Source: Octopus sinensis
Taxonomy: Eukaryota
Length of the DNA stretch: 21,715 bases
NCBI RefSeq assembly: GCF_006345805.1
Contig: NW_021823574.1
Location: 1-21,715, forward strand
Reading direction: 5' to 3'
Each line of letters starts with the position of its first letter. Positions within the stretch are counted from its first letter, which is position 1. Below are positions 1 to 9,859 of this stretch, piece by piece. The position numbers and the translations under genes were made by a program. The notes under the pieces were generated by a model, which was given only the letters and a program-made list of their open reading frames with translations, had not been told where the DNA came from and did no database searches.

Positions 1-728
1 TATAATACATATATATGTCAAGAACACAATACAAGCAAATCGCACACACAAATATGTATGTACATACAGTAACTCGTAATCAAGTGAATACAGATAGAGA
101 GATTAAATGGAAGCAAATATGTAACCCGTGGATTTGTGATAACGTTCAGAAAGAAGACTGTAATATTTTATAAAACGTCTTTTGTTAGGGAATAGAAAAT
201 TCATTATTAACCAGTGAATTCTAAAGTCTTTTATATTTTACAACAGAAGATACAGACTTTCGTATCTTGTTAATTCCTTATGAAATAATCGCTTCATAGA
301 AGATTGATACGTAATGTCGTCAAAGTATTGCAGATCTGTTTGAAGTCGACTGATATAGATCTGGATTTCCGACCTGAAATATCAATGGAATAACAAAAGG
401 GAGAAAGAAATGCCGAAAATATTTCAGCGAACATGTTTGTGGTTATCACAGGAGTTTTGTTGCTGCTTTGCTCATGTATGGAATGTATAACATAACAGTA
501 GGCTTCTGATCGAATTGCGCTAGTAAGGAAACCCACCAGGGGTGCACGACTAAATTTCCTTCTCCAGGCTGCGATACCTATACAAATATAGAACAAGAAA
601 TACAGTGGGGATGTTATCATTTTTGATTCTTATTTCCATTTGAACGTGTAGCAATAACAACAAAAAAAAAATTATAATGTTCGATAATTCTCCTCGTAAG
701 AAATATATATGCTTGTAATATCTAATGA

Positions 729-972
729 GTAGGGACGCGTGGCTTAATGGTTACGGGTGTCGGACTCACGATCGGAATTTGTAGTTTCGATCCCTAGATC
801 GGGTGATGAGTTGTGTTCTTGAGCAAGATACTTCATTTCATGTTGCTCCGCTGAGTAATCCTATGACTGACAGGCGTCCCTTCCGGGTGGGGAATTTATT
901 ATATATACCACAGAAACCGGGAAACGGCCCTCGTGAGACTCACATGGTTCGAGAAGGAAACATTTAACTTTT
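729..972 (+). mobile_element. tRNA-derived SINE (family C head, tail type 1) with 13-bp target-site duplication
   Basis: A box TGGCTTAATGG 740-750; B-box-like GTTTCGATCC 784-793; central TTGTGTTCTTGAGCAAGATACTT; perfect direct repeat TAATATCTAATGA at 716-728 and 973-985. Confidence 0.85.
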
Positions 973-1140
973 TAATATCTAATGATGACAATGTAAATAT
1001 ATGGCTGAAATGTATTTTTAATCATATGCCCCCCTCCCCACTCACACACAATCAAAAGAAACTAAATCCACGATGGATCCAAGAGAAATGCGCTTCTACA
1101 CTACACTTATAACTTGCAGCTACGTTCTACTCTAAAACAC

Positions 1141-1880
1141 GACTGGAAATATCTTCGGTATAATATTGGTAAAGAAATCAGCACTGATCTAAAAGTACAT
1201 TTGGATTTGTAGAGCTTAGGTAACTTTACAATGTACATTTTCGGAGCAGGTATGTTATGTGGAACAGAAATAAAAAAAAACATTTGAAAATCTGAAAGCT
1301 TAATAACAATAAGTGATATAATGAAAAATGCAGCAATAATGATATTACTGCTAAAATCATACGGTATGAGAATTGCAATGTAAAATCTAGGAAATATATA
1401 GCAAATTAAATTAATAAAACAGCAGAAACACAATGAATTCACAATCTAAAAGACTTACAGTGTATTGACAAAAAAATGGAATAGAATAACACAAACGAAA
1501 ACATGAATTATATGAAATGTGAAAAATGTTTCAAAGTAGATATTCTAAAGATGTGAATTCTGAATAAAGCAATAACACGAAGGTGAAAATATTTAAACAG
1601 CTCTAATCGATCGAGGATGTTCTTCTATAGAAAGGATAAAGCGAAAAAGATAAATCTTAAAGATAAGAAAGCAACAACAATAAGATGGGCGCATATGGCC
1701 GTTCACTTAATTGAAATGGATGAGAATATCAATATCGCGAAGATAAACGTCACAGAAGTTACAAAGAAAGTGGGATCTCAATGAGATCTTCTTGTATTGG
1801 AATATTAAAACCAAAGTAAACACTTCGAAAGGAAATATACGGAGAACAAAGTAAAGAAAACCTAACAAAAAGAAATCTCC
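1141..1880 (+). pseudogene. possible very old non-LTR (RTE-like) RT C-terminal remnant
   Basis: Scattered peptides in broken frames: KYLRYNI (~1147), MLCGTE (1252-1269, cf. LYGxETW), RWAHMAVHLIEMDEN (1683-1727, cf. RWAGHxxRMDExR), KEIYGE (~1830). Many stops; resemblance judged by eye only. Confidence 0.3.
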
Positions 1881-2364
1881 CAATTATTGATAAAATCAAT
1901 ATTTTCGCGTTGCACGAGCGCAAAGTCTGGTAAATTCAAAAGAGGCTAGTGTTTTGTTTTTTTCTGCCACACATCTTACAAAATGACGATTCCTTACTAT
2001 TATATATTTGGAACTTGCTGTAATTAGTTCTCAGGGTTTGTTCCTGAGCGTTGCATACCAATTACTCCGTGCATCACCTCAGACCACTTTCCCTCAGCCA
2101 ACTCCAGGTGTGGGCCTTTATCCTTTCCCTTCGATTTCTCTTAGTTATTACCCGTGAATCGCCTTCACTTTCTGGTTTTTCAGTCTTTGTCATCCATCTT
2201 GTTTCTTAAATGCGTTTTTTGGGTGTCACATTCTCAAAACGGAGACACGTCCCCGAATGTTTGCAAAAGATGTGGTACCATCCAAAGAACTCAAAATGCA
2301 ATGTGTTAAATATGGCAACGGCTTAATCAAAACATCGACGTAGACACTGCGAGAGCAAGCATTA

Positions 2365-2564
2365 TAAGATGCCTGATCTTAAGTTCTTGCGGTTTTGCCA
2401 GTCTTATCGTCTTGAATTATCTATTTCTACTGTATCTGGGGAGAGTCATTTTCTTTTTGTACCTTATAATTTAACACGCTCGCCAGTAAAATTTCCACTT
2501 ATTTCTTATTTTTATTTTCCTAAAATTTTCGTTGCGTCTTGAAAACTTTTCAATAGTTTTGACT
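2365..2564 (-). mobile_element. interspersed repeat, candidate Penelope-type terminal repeat
   Basis: Resembles an octopus repeat I recall (AGTCAAAACTATTGAAAA...GCAACGAAAATTTTAGG); contains a hammerhead-like arrangement at 2520-2556; abuts the TG microsatellite. Confidence 0.4.
2520..2556 (-). ncRNA. candidate minimal hammerhead ribozyme, U3-A8 core variant
   Basis: Minus strand CTA-TTGAAAA-GTTTTCAAGACGCAAC-GAAA-ATT-T-TAG: stem I CTA/TAG, stem II GTT/AAC, loop-less palindromic stem III AAATTT. Spacing matches the type I topology; the stems are short. Confidence 0.35.
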
Positions 2565-2576
2565 GTCCGTTCCTTT

Positions 2577-2935
2577 TTGTTTGTTTGTGCGCATGTGTGT
2601 TGTTCAGTGTGTGTGTGTGTGTGTTCCTATGCATACATGCATGTACGTATGTATGTGTGTATGTATGTATGCATGTGTGTGTATGCATATGTATATATGT
2701 ATGTATGTCTGTGCATCTGTATGTATCTATTCTGCATATTCACGTGTTTGCATGTCCGTGTTTGTGTATTTTCTATGTATGTGTGTGTGTGTGAGCGTGT
2801 GTTTGTATATGTATGCACCTTCGTCTCCTTGTGTGTGCACGTCTGTGTGTGTGTTTTGCAACTATATACCATGTTTGTATGTATGGATGTGCATCTCTAT
2901 ATGTGTGGACCTGCGTCTCCATATGTATCCTTGTG
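2577..2935. repeat. compound (TG)n/(TATG)n microsatellite
   Basis: Directly visible; the source of the C/V/M/Y-rich ORFs at 2532-3113. Confidence 0.95.
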
Positions 2936-2974
2936 TGGAGTAAAGTGTTTGTGTAAAAGAGGAAATATCTATTT

Positions 2975-3096
2975 CTATCGATCTCGAAAAGACGAAAGGC
3001 AACATTGACTTGGGAACGATTTGAACTGAAAGCAGACAATCGGAAGAAATACCACAAATGTTCTCTCGGACGCTGCAACGATACTTCCAGTTCACC
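2975..3096 (-). mobile_element. degenerate SINE family B copy
   Basis: ATCGATCTCGAAAAGACGAAAGGCAACATTGACTTGGGAACGATTTGAACT aligns to the reverse complement of the copies at 14244 and 15171. Confidence 0.7.
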
Positions 3097-3109
3097 AAAG
3101 ATATCAAAA

Positions 3110-3420
3110 TCAATGAAAAGACAAAAACTATTTCAATACAAAGTAATACTCGAAATAAGAGAATGCCTTAAACAAGAAATCTTGGCTGAAATGCAAAGAA
3201 TATGGCTGTGCTTGTGAACAGTGGTAATGATTTTTTAGACTAAGCAAACAACTTAGTCTCACCCGATACTAAAATAAATGGAAATCAATGCGATTCAACT
3301 AGAAGACATGAAAAGTATTTTGAGTGGAAATATGGAAAGAAGGGGATTCCTCACAGACCAGAGTATTCAAGAGCATCAATGCGGTACATGAACTGTTGTG
3401 GAAGACCAAATACAACTCAG
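3110..3420 (+). pseudogene. possible decayed non-LTR RT thumb remnant (RTE-like)
   Basis: KLFQYKVIL (~3135), YGCACEQW (3201-3224, cf. YGCETW), RVFKS, GRPNTT (3400-3417, cf. GRPRTTW), in shifting frames with stops. Confidence 0.3.
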
Positions 3421-3524
3421 GAATTATCGCTATACGAGCCAATGAGCGATGTGAATGTTACATTAATAAAATTCCTAATTACCACTAATTATTAAACATA
3501 TATACAGTAACCACACTTAAAGAA

Positions 3525-3824
3525 GCAGGCATGGTTGTGTGGTAAGAAGTTTGGTTCCCAACCGCATGGTACCTGGTTCAGTCCCACTGAGTCGGCAATT
3601 TGGGCGAGTATCTGTTTTTACAATTGTTTTTCTCCCACCAACGCTTCAAAACAGGTGATAGTGTATTCGCATCCCTGTATCTTAGTGGTTCGGCTAAAGA
3701 CCGACAGAATAAGGACCAAGCTTTACAAAAATAAGTACTGGGGTCCATTTGTTTGACTAAACATCTACGAAGTGGTGCCCCATCTTGGCCATTGTCACAT
3801 AACTAAAACAAGAGAAGAAAGAAA
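3525..3824 (+). mobile_element. tRNA-derived SINE family A, internally deleted
   Basis: A box TGGTTGTGTGG 3532-3542; B box GGTTCAGTCCC 3575-3585; 3' end homologous to the minus-strand tails at 5951-6016 and 21495-21553; A-rich tail. Confidence 0.85.
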
Positions 3825-4483
3825 ACAAACAAGCAAAAAATAATTTGAGAGATTACTTGACTTGTCCGATGATTAAATCCATCTTAACGAGAAATAAACA
3901 TCAAGCATATCACTTCCATATATAATGCTACTCCATCAATCATTGGGTTTGATTCCCTTGTAGAGAACCTGATTAACTATACAGGTGACACTTACCTACA
4001 TATGGAAGAGTTTTCTTTTGTTATTTCTTCAGTATTTTTCATATAATGGGTTGAGGAATTTGGGAATATTTTGGTTTCTACCTCTTTATCTCTTTCTTTT
4101 TCAACAGCTACAAGTGGGTTCTCAGCTCCCAGAAATTATGTTATTTGAACGTGTAAATAATTCTGTTGAATCTAGCTTACTAACTCATAACTGTAGCCAT
4201 ATCGGAAAGAAAATATACGTATTTGAACATAAAAATCATAGACACAAATATAGAAGCAATTTTTGAAGGAAACGTACGTTTGAGGGGATGAATTCCTAAG
4301 CAAATAGTTTTCAAAGAAGTAGTAGTAGGTCTAAATATAAAAAATAATTGATTGTGTGGAGGGGATAAACACAGTGAGAATAATGGAATCGAGAAAGATT
4401 ATGGCAGAGGTAGCATGCACTCTCTCTCTAGGCATGTCGTCAATGAATTGGAATTGTGAAAGAATTATATATATATATATATT

Positions 4484-4646
4484 ATTTATATCTGACGGAT
4501 ATTTGTTCTCATCTAGTTTATTGTTAACACAAGGTTTCGGCTGATATACCCTCCAGCGTTCATCAGGCGTCTTGGGGAAATTTTAAACTTGGGTTCTCAT
4601 TCCTAAGGTATGTTCGCTGTTATTATTATTATTATTATTATTATTA

Positions 4647-4693
<47 letters not shown>

Positions 4694-4727
4694 TTCAAGA
4701 CGCTGCCTGCAATCGAACTCGGAATCT
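4484..4727 (-). mobile_element. SINE-like unit: tRNA B-box fragment + internal (AAT)n + hammerhead-containing tail
   Basis: Minus strand reads AGATTCCGAGTTCGATTGCAGGCAGCG (B box GAGTTCGATT, 4711-4720), then (AAT)n 4695-4620, then a tail with a CTGATGA...GAAA hammerhead at 4572-4526. The 5' end is lost into a TA/TG microsatellite. Confidence 0.6.
4526..4572 (-). ncRNA. minimal type I hammerhead ribozyme motif (probably mutated copy)
   Basis: GACGC-CTGATGA-A-CGCTG-GAGGGTATAT-CAGCC-GAAA-CCT-T-GTGTT: stem I GACGC/GTGTT (2 GU), intact cores, stem II GCTG/CAGC with a C.C closing mismatch; stem III AACCTT is one change from palindromic AACGTT. Confidence 0.65.
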
Positions 4728-4731
4728 GTAT

Positions 4732-4776
<45 letters not shown>

Positions 4777-4920
4777 TGATCAAAAGAAAGGAAGAGGCAC
4801 TCAACACATTTAGTAAGAGTAACGTACACATACAACAGAATGAAGCTGTATAAAACTATTTTAATTAACAACAGCAGCAATAACAACAACAACAACAACA
4901 CTAATAATAATAATAATACT

Positions 4921-5073
4921 GGTAGCACAAGGCCTCAAATTTGTGGAACTTAATTTATCGAGCCCAAAAGGTAATGTCGACCTCGGTGAAATTTGAACTT
5001 AGAACGCAAAGACGGACGAAATGTCGCTAAATATTTTGCCAAGCATGCTAACGATTCTGCCAGCTCACTGCCT
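4921..5073 (-). mobile_element. SINE family B copy, internally deleted
   Basis: Reverse complement GGCAGTGAGCTGGCAGAATCGTTAGCATG...AGTTCAAATTTCACCGAGGTCGAC...GGCCTTGTGC matches 14244-14444. Confidence 0.85.
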
Positions 5074-5250
5074 TAGTGACAACAACAACAAAAACAATGA
5101 TAATTATAAAATTATCATGTAGATAGATAAATAGATAGATAGATAGAGAGTGAGAGAGAAAGAGAGAGAGAGATAGAGAGAAATAGATAGATAAATAGAT
5201 AGATTGTCAGTTAGATGTGCATATATATATATATTTATGTATGTATGTAT

Positions 5251-5850
5251 GTATCAGACCTGGAGGTTTCATGAGATTTTCCTCTCTCCCTTTCTTCTCT
5301 TCCCGCGTTAACATAGTTAACCCACATACAAAACTAAATTGCACTCGGATGCAACTGCGGCGAGATGTATGTGACCTGTTGTTGTACACTGCAGAGCATA
5401 AAGAGCTAGAAACGATGTCACAGATAACACAGACAAGAGACAAATTCACTAGATGGAATTATATGGAATTTGATTTAGAAAAGTTTGCCACGGCTTGCTT
5501 TGAAGTGTAAGATATTAATGAACCCCAGTAATATCATTTTACATAATGAAACAGAGATAAGAGAATTATCCTAAATACAGACTACAGCATAATTAGGAAT
5601 TAATGAACTAGACAGAGCACAGCATTTACAAATTGAAAGAGAGTTTAGCAAGGAATGTTAGATTAATATTTAAGACAGAAGTAACTAAATGCAAAATAAT
5701 TAAAGTAAGCGGTATCAATACTCTAGCTGGTCTATTAAAACGTTATGTTAATTATTATAGTCTCAACTGCAATCAAAGGGGTTTAACACGACAGACAGGA
5801 AAGCAATAAATGTTATCGGACACGATTACAAGACACACCCCATAATTATG
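5251..5850 (+). pseudogene. R4/Dong-clade non-LTR reverse transcriptase remnant
   Basis: Collinear motifs: FHEIFLSPFLLF (cf. FQGDSLSPLLF), CDLLLY (cf. MDDLKLY), KELET, MEFDLEKFATACF (5464-5502, cf. MEFGLEKCA), SNIILHNETEIREL, LGINE, VRLIFKTE, INTLA, DRK. Multiple frameshifts and stops. Confidence 0.75.
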
Positions 5851-5950
5851 ATACTAAAACATCAGGAAGAAAATGCTAATTAAATATAAGTTGTAATGTC
5901 CAAATATTATATATCACAATAATATCTAAGAAATAATAAAAAGGAATTCT

Positions 5951-6016
5951 TTTATACTTTTTTATTTGCTTCAGTCATTTGACTGCGGCCATGCTGGAGC
6001 ACCGCCTTTAGTCGAG
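5951..6016 (-). mobile_element. 5'-truncated SINE family A tail
   Basis: Reverse complement CTCGACTAAAGGCGGTGCTCCAGCATGGCCGCAGTCAAATGACTGAAGCAAATAAAAAAG matches the 3' end of 3525-3824. Confidence 0.8.
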
Positions 6017-6319
6017 AAAAGCTTTATTTTACTTTTACAAGCAATAAGTCTTTTGCATTGTGTTTATATTCTGTACTTGATTGATTTTGTGACATATTAA
6101 CAGCCCGAGAGAGTCAGTGGCAAAATAGGTGCGAAATGATGTTTATTACTAAACGTTGCTTGATTTTCGAATAACAGGGAATTTTTGTCCATCATTTCCA
6201 TTCATATTCTTCGATTTCCTGAAAAGCGATTTCATTCCGTTTTCGAAATAATTTTTCTTCCTCACCTGTTTTACTTGTTATATTGTATCTGCAAATTTCT
6301 ATCTCTTTTTCCGCTATAC

Positions 6320-6523
6320 TGTCTGAGGTCAAATTCGGACTGGATCGACATTGCATTTCAATTTTTCGGTGTCGACAAACTGTGTATCATTTGAGAACTG
6401 AGGTCGATGTAATCGCCTTAATCCCTTCCAAGAATTAACAGCCAAACGGGCATAACTGTTAGCACACCTGATAAAATGCGTAGCGGCATTTTATCTGAAT
6501 TTACGATCCCAGTTCAAATTACT
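6320..6523 (+). mobile_element. two adjacent degenerate SINE family B fragments (3' part, then 5' part)
   Basis: GAGGTCAAATTC...TTTCGGTGTCGACAAA...GGTCGATGTAATCG (6320-6442) and TGTTAGCACACC...TAGCGGCATTT...AGTTCAAATT (6445-6523) align to 14244-14444. Confidence 0.6.
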
Positions 6524-6524
6524 C

Positions 6525-6813
6525 TGAACAAAACACTCATGTTTCCAAAGGTGAATTCTCCAAACCACAAAGAATCCCTCTCAACACACGGCTATGACGC
6601 CCCCCTCCACTACTTCAGCTCGTGATCAGAGATGCACATATTATCAACCATTAAGGGACATGCTCAACTGGTTAAGGTCAAACAACTGACAAGCAAATCT
6701 GTGGTATTGAGCAGAATATTTGCTGTTGCCCATCTTTTATACCAAGGCAAAACAATGTACATGACAATACTTCCAATCATTTAAGATGAGAAACCCTGGT
6801 ATTGTATCAGGGC

Positions 6814-6814
<1 letters not shown>
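6525..6814 (-). mobile_element. partial copy of unclassified TAA-associated element (family D)
   Basis: High identity to ~13335-13628; shares its right boundary next to (ATT)n; lacks ~15 bp near that end. Confidence 0.85.
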
Positions 6815-6815
<1 letters not shown>

Positions 6816-6853
<38 letters not shown>

Positions 6854-7035
6854 TATTATTATTATTATTATTACTATTATCATTAGCAACATCAGTAGTT
6901 GTCGTAGCCGTCGTGGTCGTCGTCGTTGTCGTCGTCGTTGTAGTAGCAGTAGAAGTAGTAGTATTAATTGGTGGTGGTTTTGTTGTTGTTGTTTTTGTTG
7001 CTGCTACTGCTGCTGTTGTTGTTCTTGTTGTTGTC
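6816..7035. repeat. compound trinucleotide microsatellite (ATT/GTC/GTA/GTT)
   Basis: Directly visible. Confidence 0.95.
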
Positions 7036-7940
7036 TTGGTTCTTTTTGATTGTTTCTGTTAAGAGCGATTGCATTATAACGCAACGCCATGAAACATCTG
7101 AAATGAAGTGGAGTTGGGATTGGGGTGGGGGAAGAAAGAAAAACAAAAAAAAACAACAACAAAACAACAACAAAAAAAAATGTTCAAAGGGAGAGAAAAA
7201 GTAATGAAAAGCATTAATTACACGAAACCTACTTTACCGCTTTCCATATGATCTACGAAATACGGAACGCCATCACCGACACTCTCTTCTTCCTAGCATT
7301 CTTCCCACAATCACTCACTGGTCCATCGAACTATATCGATTTCGAGTTTCAAGCCTTATCAGATTTCCTCTATAACTTCCACCCCCTACTCTTCTCTCCT
7401 CTACTTCACCCCATTCTCTCTCTCTACCCTTCTCTCTTTCTTTCTTCCTCTCTCTCTTTCCCTCTCTCTCTGATCAGGATTACATGTTTATCACAAACGG
7501 TATACCGTATTTCATCTGTGATAACGTTAGTTACGATTAAATGGCGAAATACGTATAAGCCTTTAATTTCTGTTTCATCAATCAGCCGTGCACCATGAAT
7601 GAAACCACCATGGAATATTTACTACTTAGGATTACAGTTTAAATCGCTCTATCACAAACAGAAATCGCAATCATAAACCAAACACAAACGATTAAAAACC
7701 TGGCTTCACATATTTCGGCTCTTTGTCGTTCCATAATTTATCGTCACAAAATTATTTTATTTCCATGTTATTTGGACAAACTGCACAGATTTCTGGTGAT
7801 TACTATGGCAAGAGCCGAATGAAAATCGTAAGGTTTCAGTACAATACAAACATAATATTTCACCCTACCTCAGCACATTACCGCAAATGATGCCCAATTG
7901 CTATCTTAGCCTTTCATTTTACAAACGCTTTGCAGTATGG

Positions 7941-8400
7941 CTTCCGATTCTTTTCCTTCTAAGTTCAAATCTCGGTGGATTCGGCTTTGCTTTTCATCAC
8001 TCTGGTATTGATGAAATAGTGGAAACAGGTGGTTAAGTGGGTAGGGCGTTCTGCTCACAATTGTAGGGTCGAGAGATCGTTTCCCGGCAGTGCGTTGTGT
8101 TCATGATTAAGACGCTTTGTTTCCCGATGCTTGGGTTTACTCTGATGGACAAAAGTGCTCTCTACCTCTACTTCCGATTCTTTTCCTTCTAAGTTCAAAT
8201 CTCGATGGATTCGGCTTTGCTTTTCATCACTCTGGTACTGATGAAATAGTAAGAGCCGCTGGTTAAGTGGTTAGAGCGCTCTGCTCACAATTGTAGGGTC
8301 GAGAGTTCGTTTCTCGGCAGTGTATTGTGTTCTTCATTGCGACGCTTTATTACCTGATGCTCGGGTCCACTCTGCTGGAATAAAATGCGTTCTACCTGTA
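7941..8400 (+). repeat. 230-bp tandem duplication (7941-8170 / 8171-8400) joining a SINE B fragment to a SINE C head
   Basis: Ungapped alignment: first 80 bp 78/80 identical, last 150 bp about 120/150 identical. Confidence 0.9.
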
Positions 8401-8573
8401 CTCCAAATGGCAACCATGTTGCATTCTGTGTGTAAAACTGAATCTTGCAGAAAAGTATCTTAACTGTAAGCGTGTTTGTGGAGTGCTCAACCAGTTAGAC
8501 GTTAATCTTACGAGAAGGTTGTTCTAGTGATTGGATCAACTAGGACTACTGTCGTCGTGACCGACGGATGTCC
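8258..8573 (+). mobile_element. tRNA-derived SINE (family C head, tail type 2)
   Basis: Head TGGTTAAGTGGTTAGAGCG...GAGTTCGTTTC; TTGTGTTCTT shared with 729-972; different 3' tail GTGGAGTGCTCAACC...GTCGTCGTGACCGACGGA. Confidence 0.7.
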
Positions 8574-8766
8574 AGATTTTAGTCGATGAAATAAAGGGGC
8601 CAATCATGTACTGAGCATGATGGGATCGTTTAAATCCCACTTCACTCCTTATTTCAGGTTTTGTAATTATTTCTGTTATCCCCTGTTCACACGTTTTGAA
8701 TCAAGTTGTGTCTTCATGTTTCGTCCTTCCATGTTGTTTTACGTAAATCCTCGTTGTTAATAAAGA

Positions 8767-8767
<1 letters not shown>

Positions 8768-8839
<72 letters not shown>

Positions 8840-8868
8840 CAATAATAATAACAATAATAATAATAATA
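8768..8868. repeat. (AAT)n microsatellite
   Basis: Directly visible. Confidence 0.95.
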
Positions 8869-9859
8869 ACGATTCCATTCATTTGCTACAAGGGCGAAGG
8901 ATGTGGGGAACAATACAGAGACAGACATAAACTGTGGGGGTTTACATATAAGAATGAAATGATAAAAAAACAATAGTTAAAATTCTACACGATATGTCTG
9001 TTTGTGACCGGTGACCACGTATGCACTTGTATCATCATCGAAACTCCGAAAATGAACTCTACACCTCAATAGCAAATGGCAGCTGCGGATACCTTGTCAG
9101 CGCTAATCGACTCGTATACTCTCCCAGAGTACCACCCGTCGAGTGTGGTACAGCATTCGTAAGGGACGTGTGGAACGCATTGGTCGAAGCCGGCTCAATC
9201 CACCCCGGGTGGATGCCAACACATGTGCAAGTAGATGTGGGCATTGCTTCGGTGTTATTTAACCATTGCATGGTACCTATTTCTTAAATGTTTCTGGAAC
9301 AGTTAAACCCTGTAATCTGGGTTGTCTTTCTCTCTTCCCTCTTTGAGATATCTATTCTATACGTTAATTAACTCTTTGAATTGTCTATCATGTGTCGGTA
9401 TCTTCTGTCATTTCAAACGACGGATTCTACTTAATCCTGTATAATCGACTGTTATGAGTCGCAAACGCACAGGAAATGATTTAATTGGCTAATTTAATTG
9501 GGGATCCGTTTCTTCATAGCTGATAGTTTTCTTTAATTAATCATGATCTTTAAGAGTGGGTATATTTAAAGAATACTTACAATTCATACGAATTAATTCA
9601 GTTTTAAGTGTCTTAGCAAGTACTTCATCCATTTATCATTGGCATATTTTACTTGTTCACCTTTTATGGAATGTTGCCGACTTACAACGTCGTTCTACGC
9701 CAAGTTTGCTTATTAGAAGCAATCTGATACCCGGATGTATTAATGTCTACATCTTTAACATTGTTATTGCTATTTCACATCAGTAATAACCACAACACTG
9801 CTGTTAATATTATTGTCATCATCAAAACTTTTATCATCATCACATCGATTAATTATTTC

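Noticed and set aside
294-620. 108-aa minus-strand ORF; plus-strand signal-peptide-like MFVVITGVLLLLCSC and a VAALL motif
   Set aside because: No recognisable family, plus frames are broken by stops, and there are no convincing splice sites.
2532-3113. Overlapping Cys/Val/Met-rich ORFs
   Set aside because: Translation of TG/TATG microsatellite plus SINE sequence.
8238-8244. CTGATGA hammerhead core
   Set aside because: No stem II followed by GAAA; lies inside a SINE B fragment.
9072-9158. QMAAADTLSAL resembling the Gypsy RNase H end (ADxLSR), or a small exon
   Set aside because: Single short motif with no flanking RT or integrase similarity.
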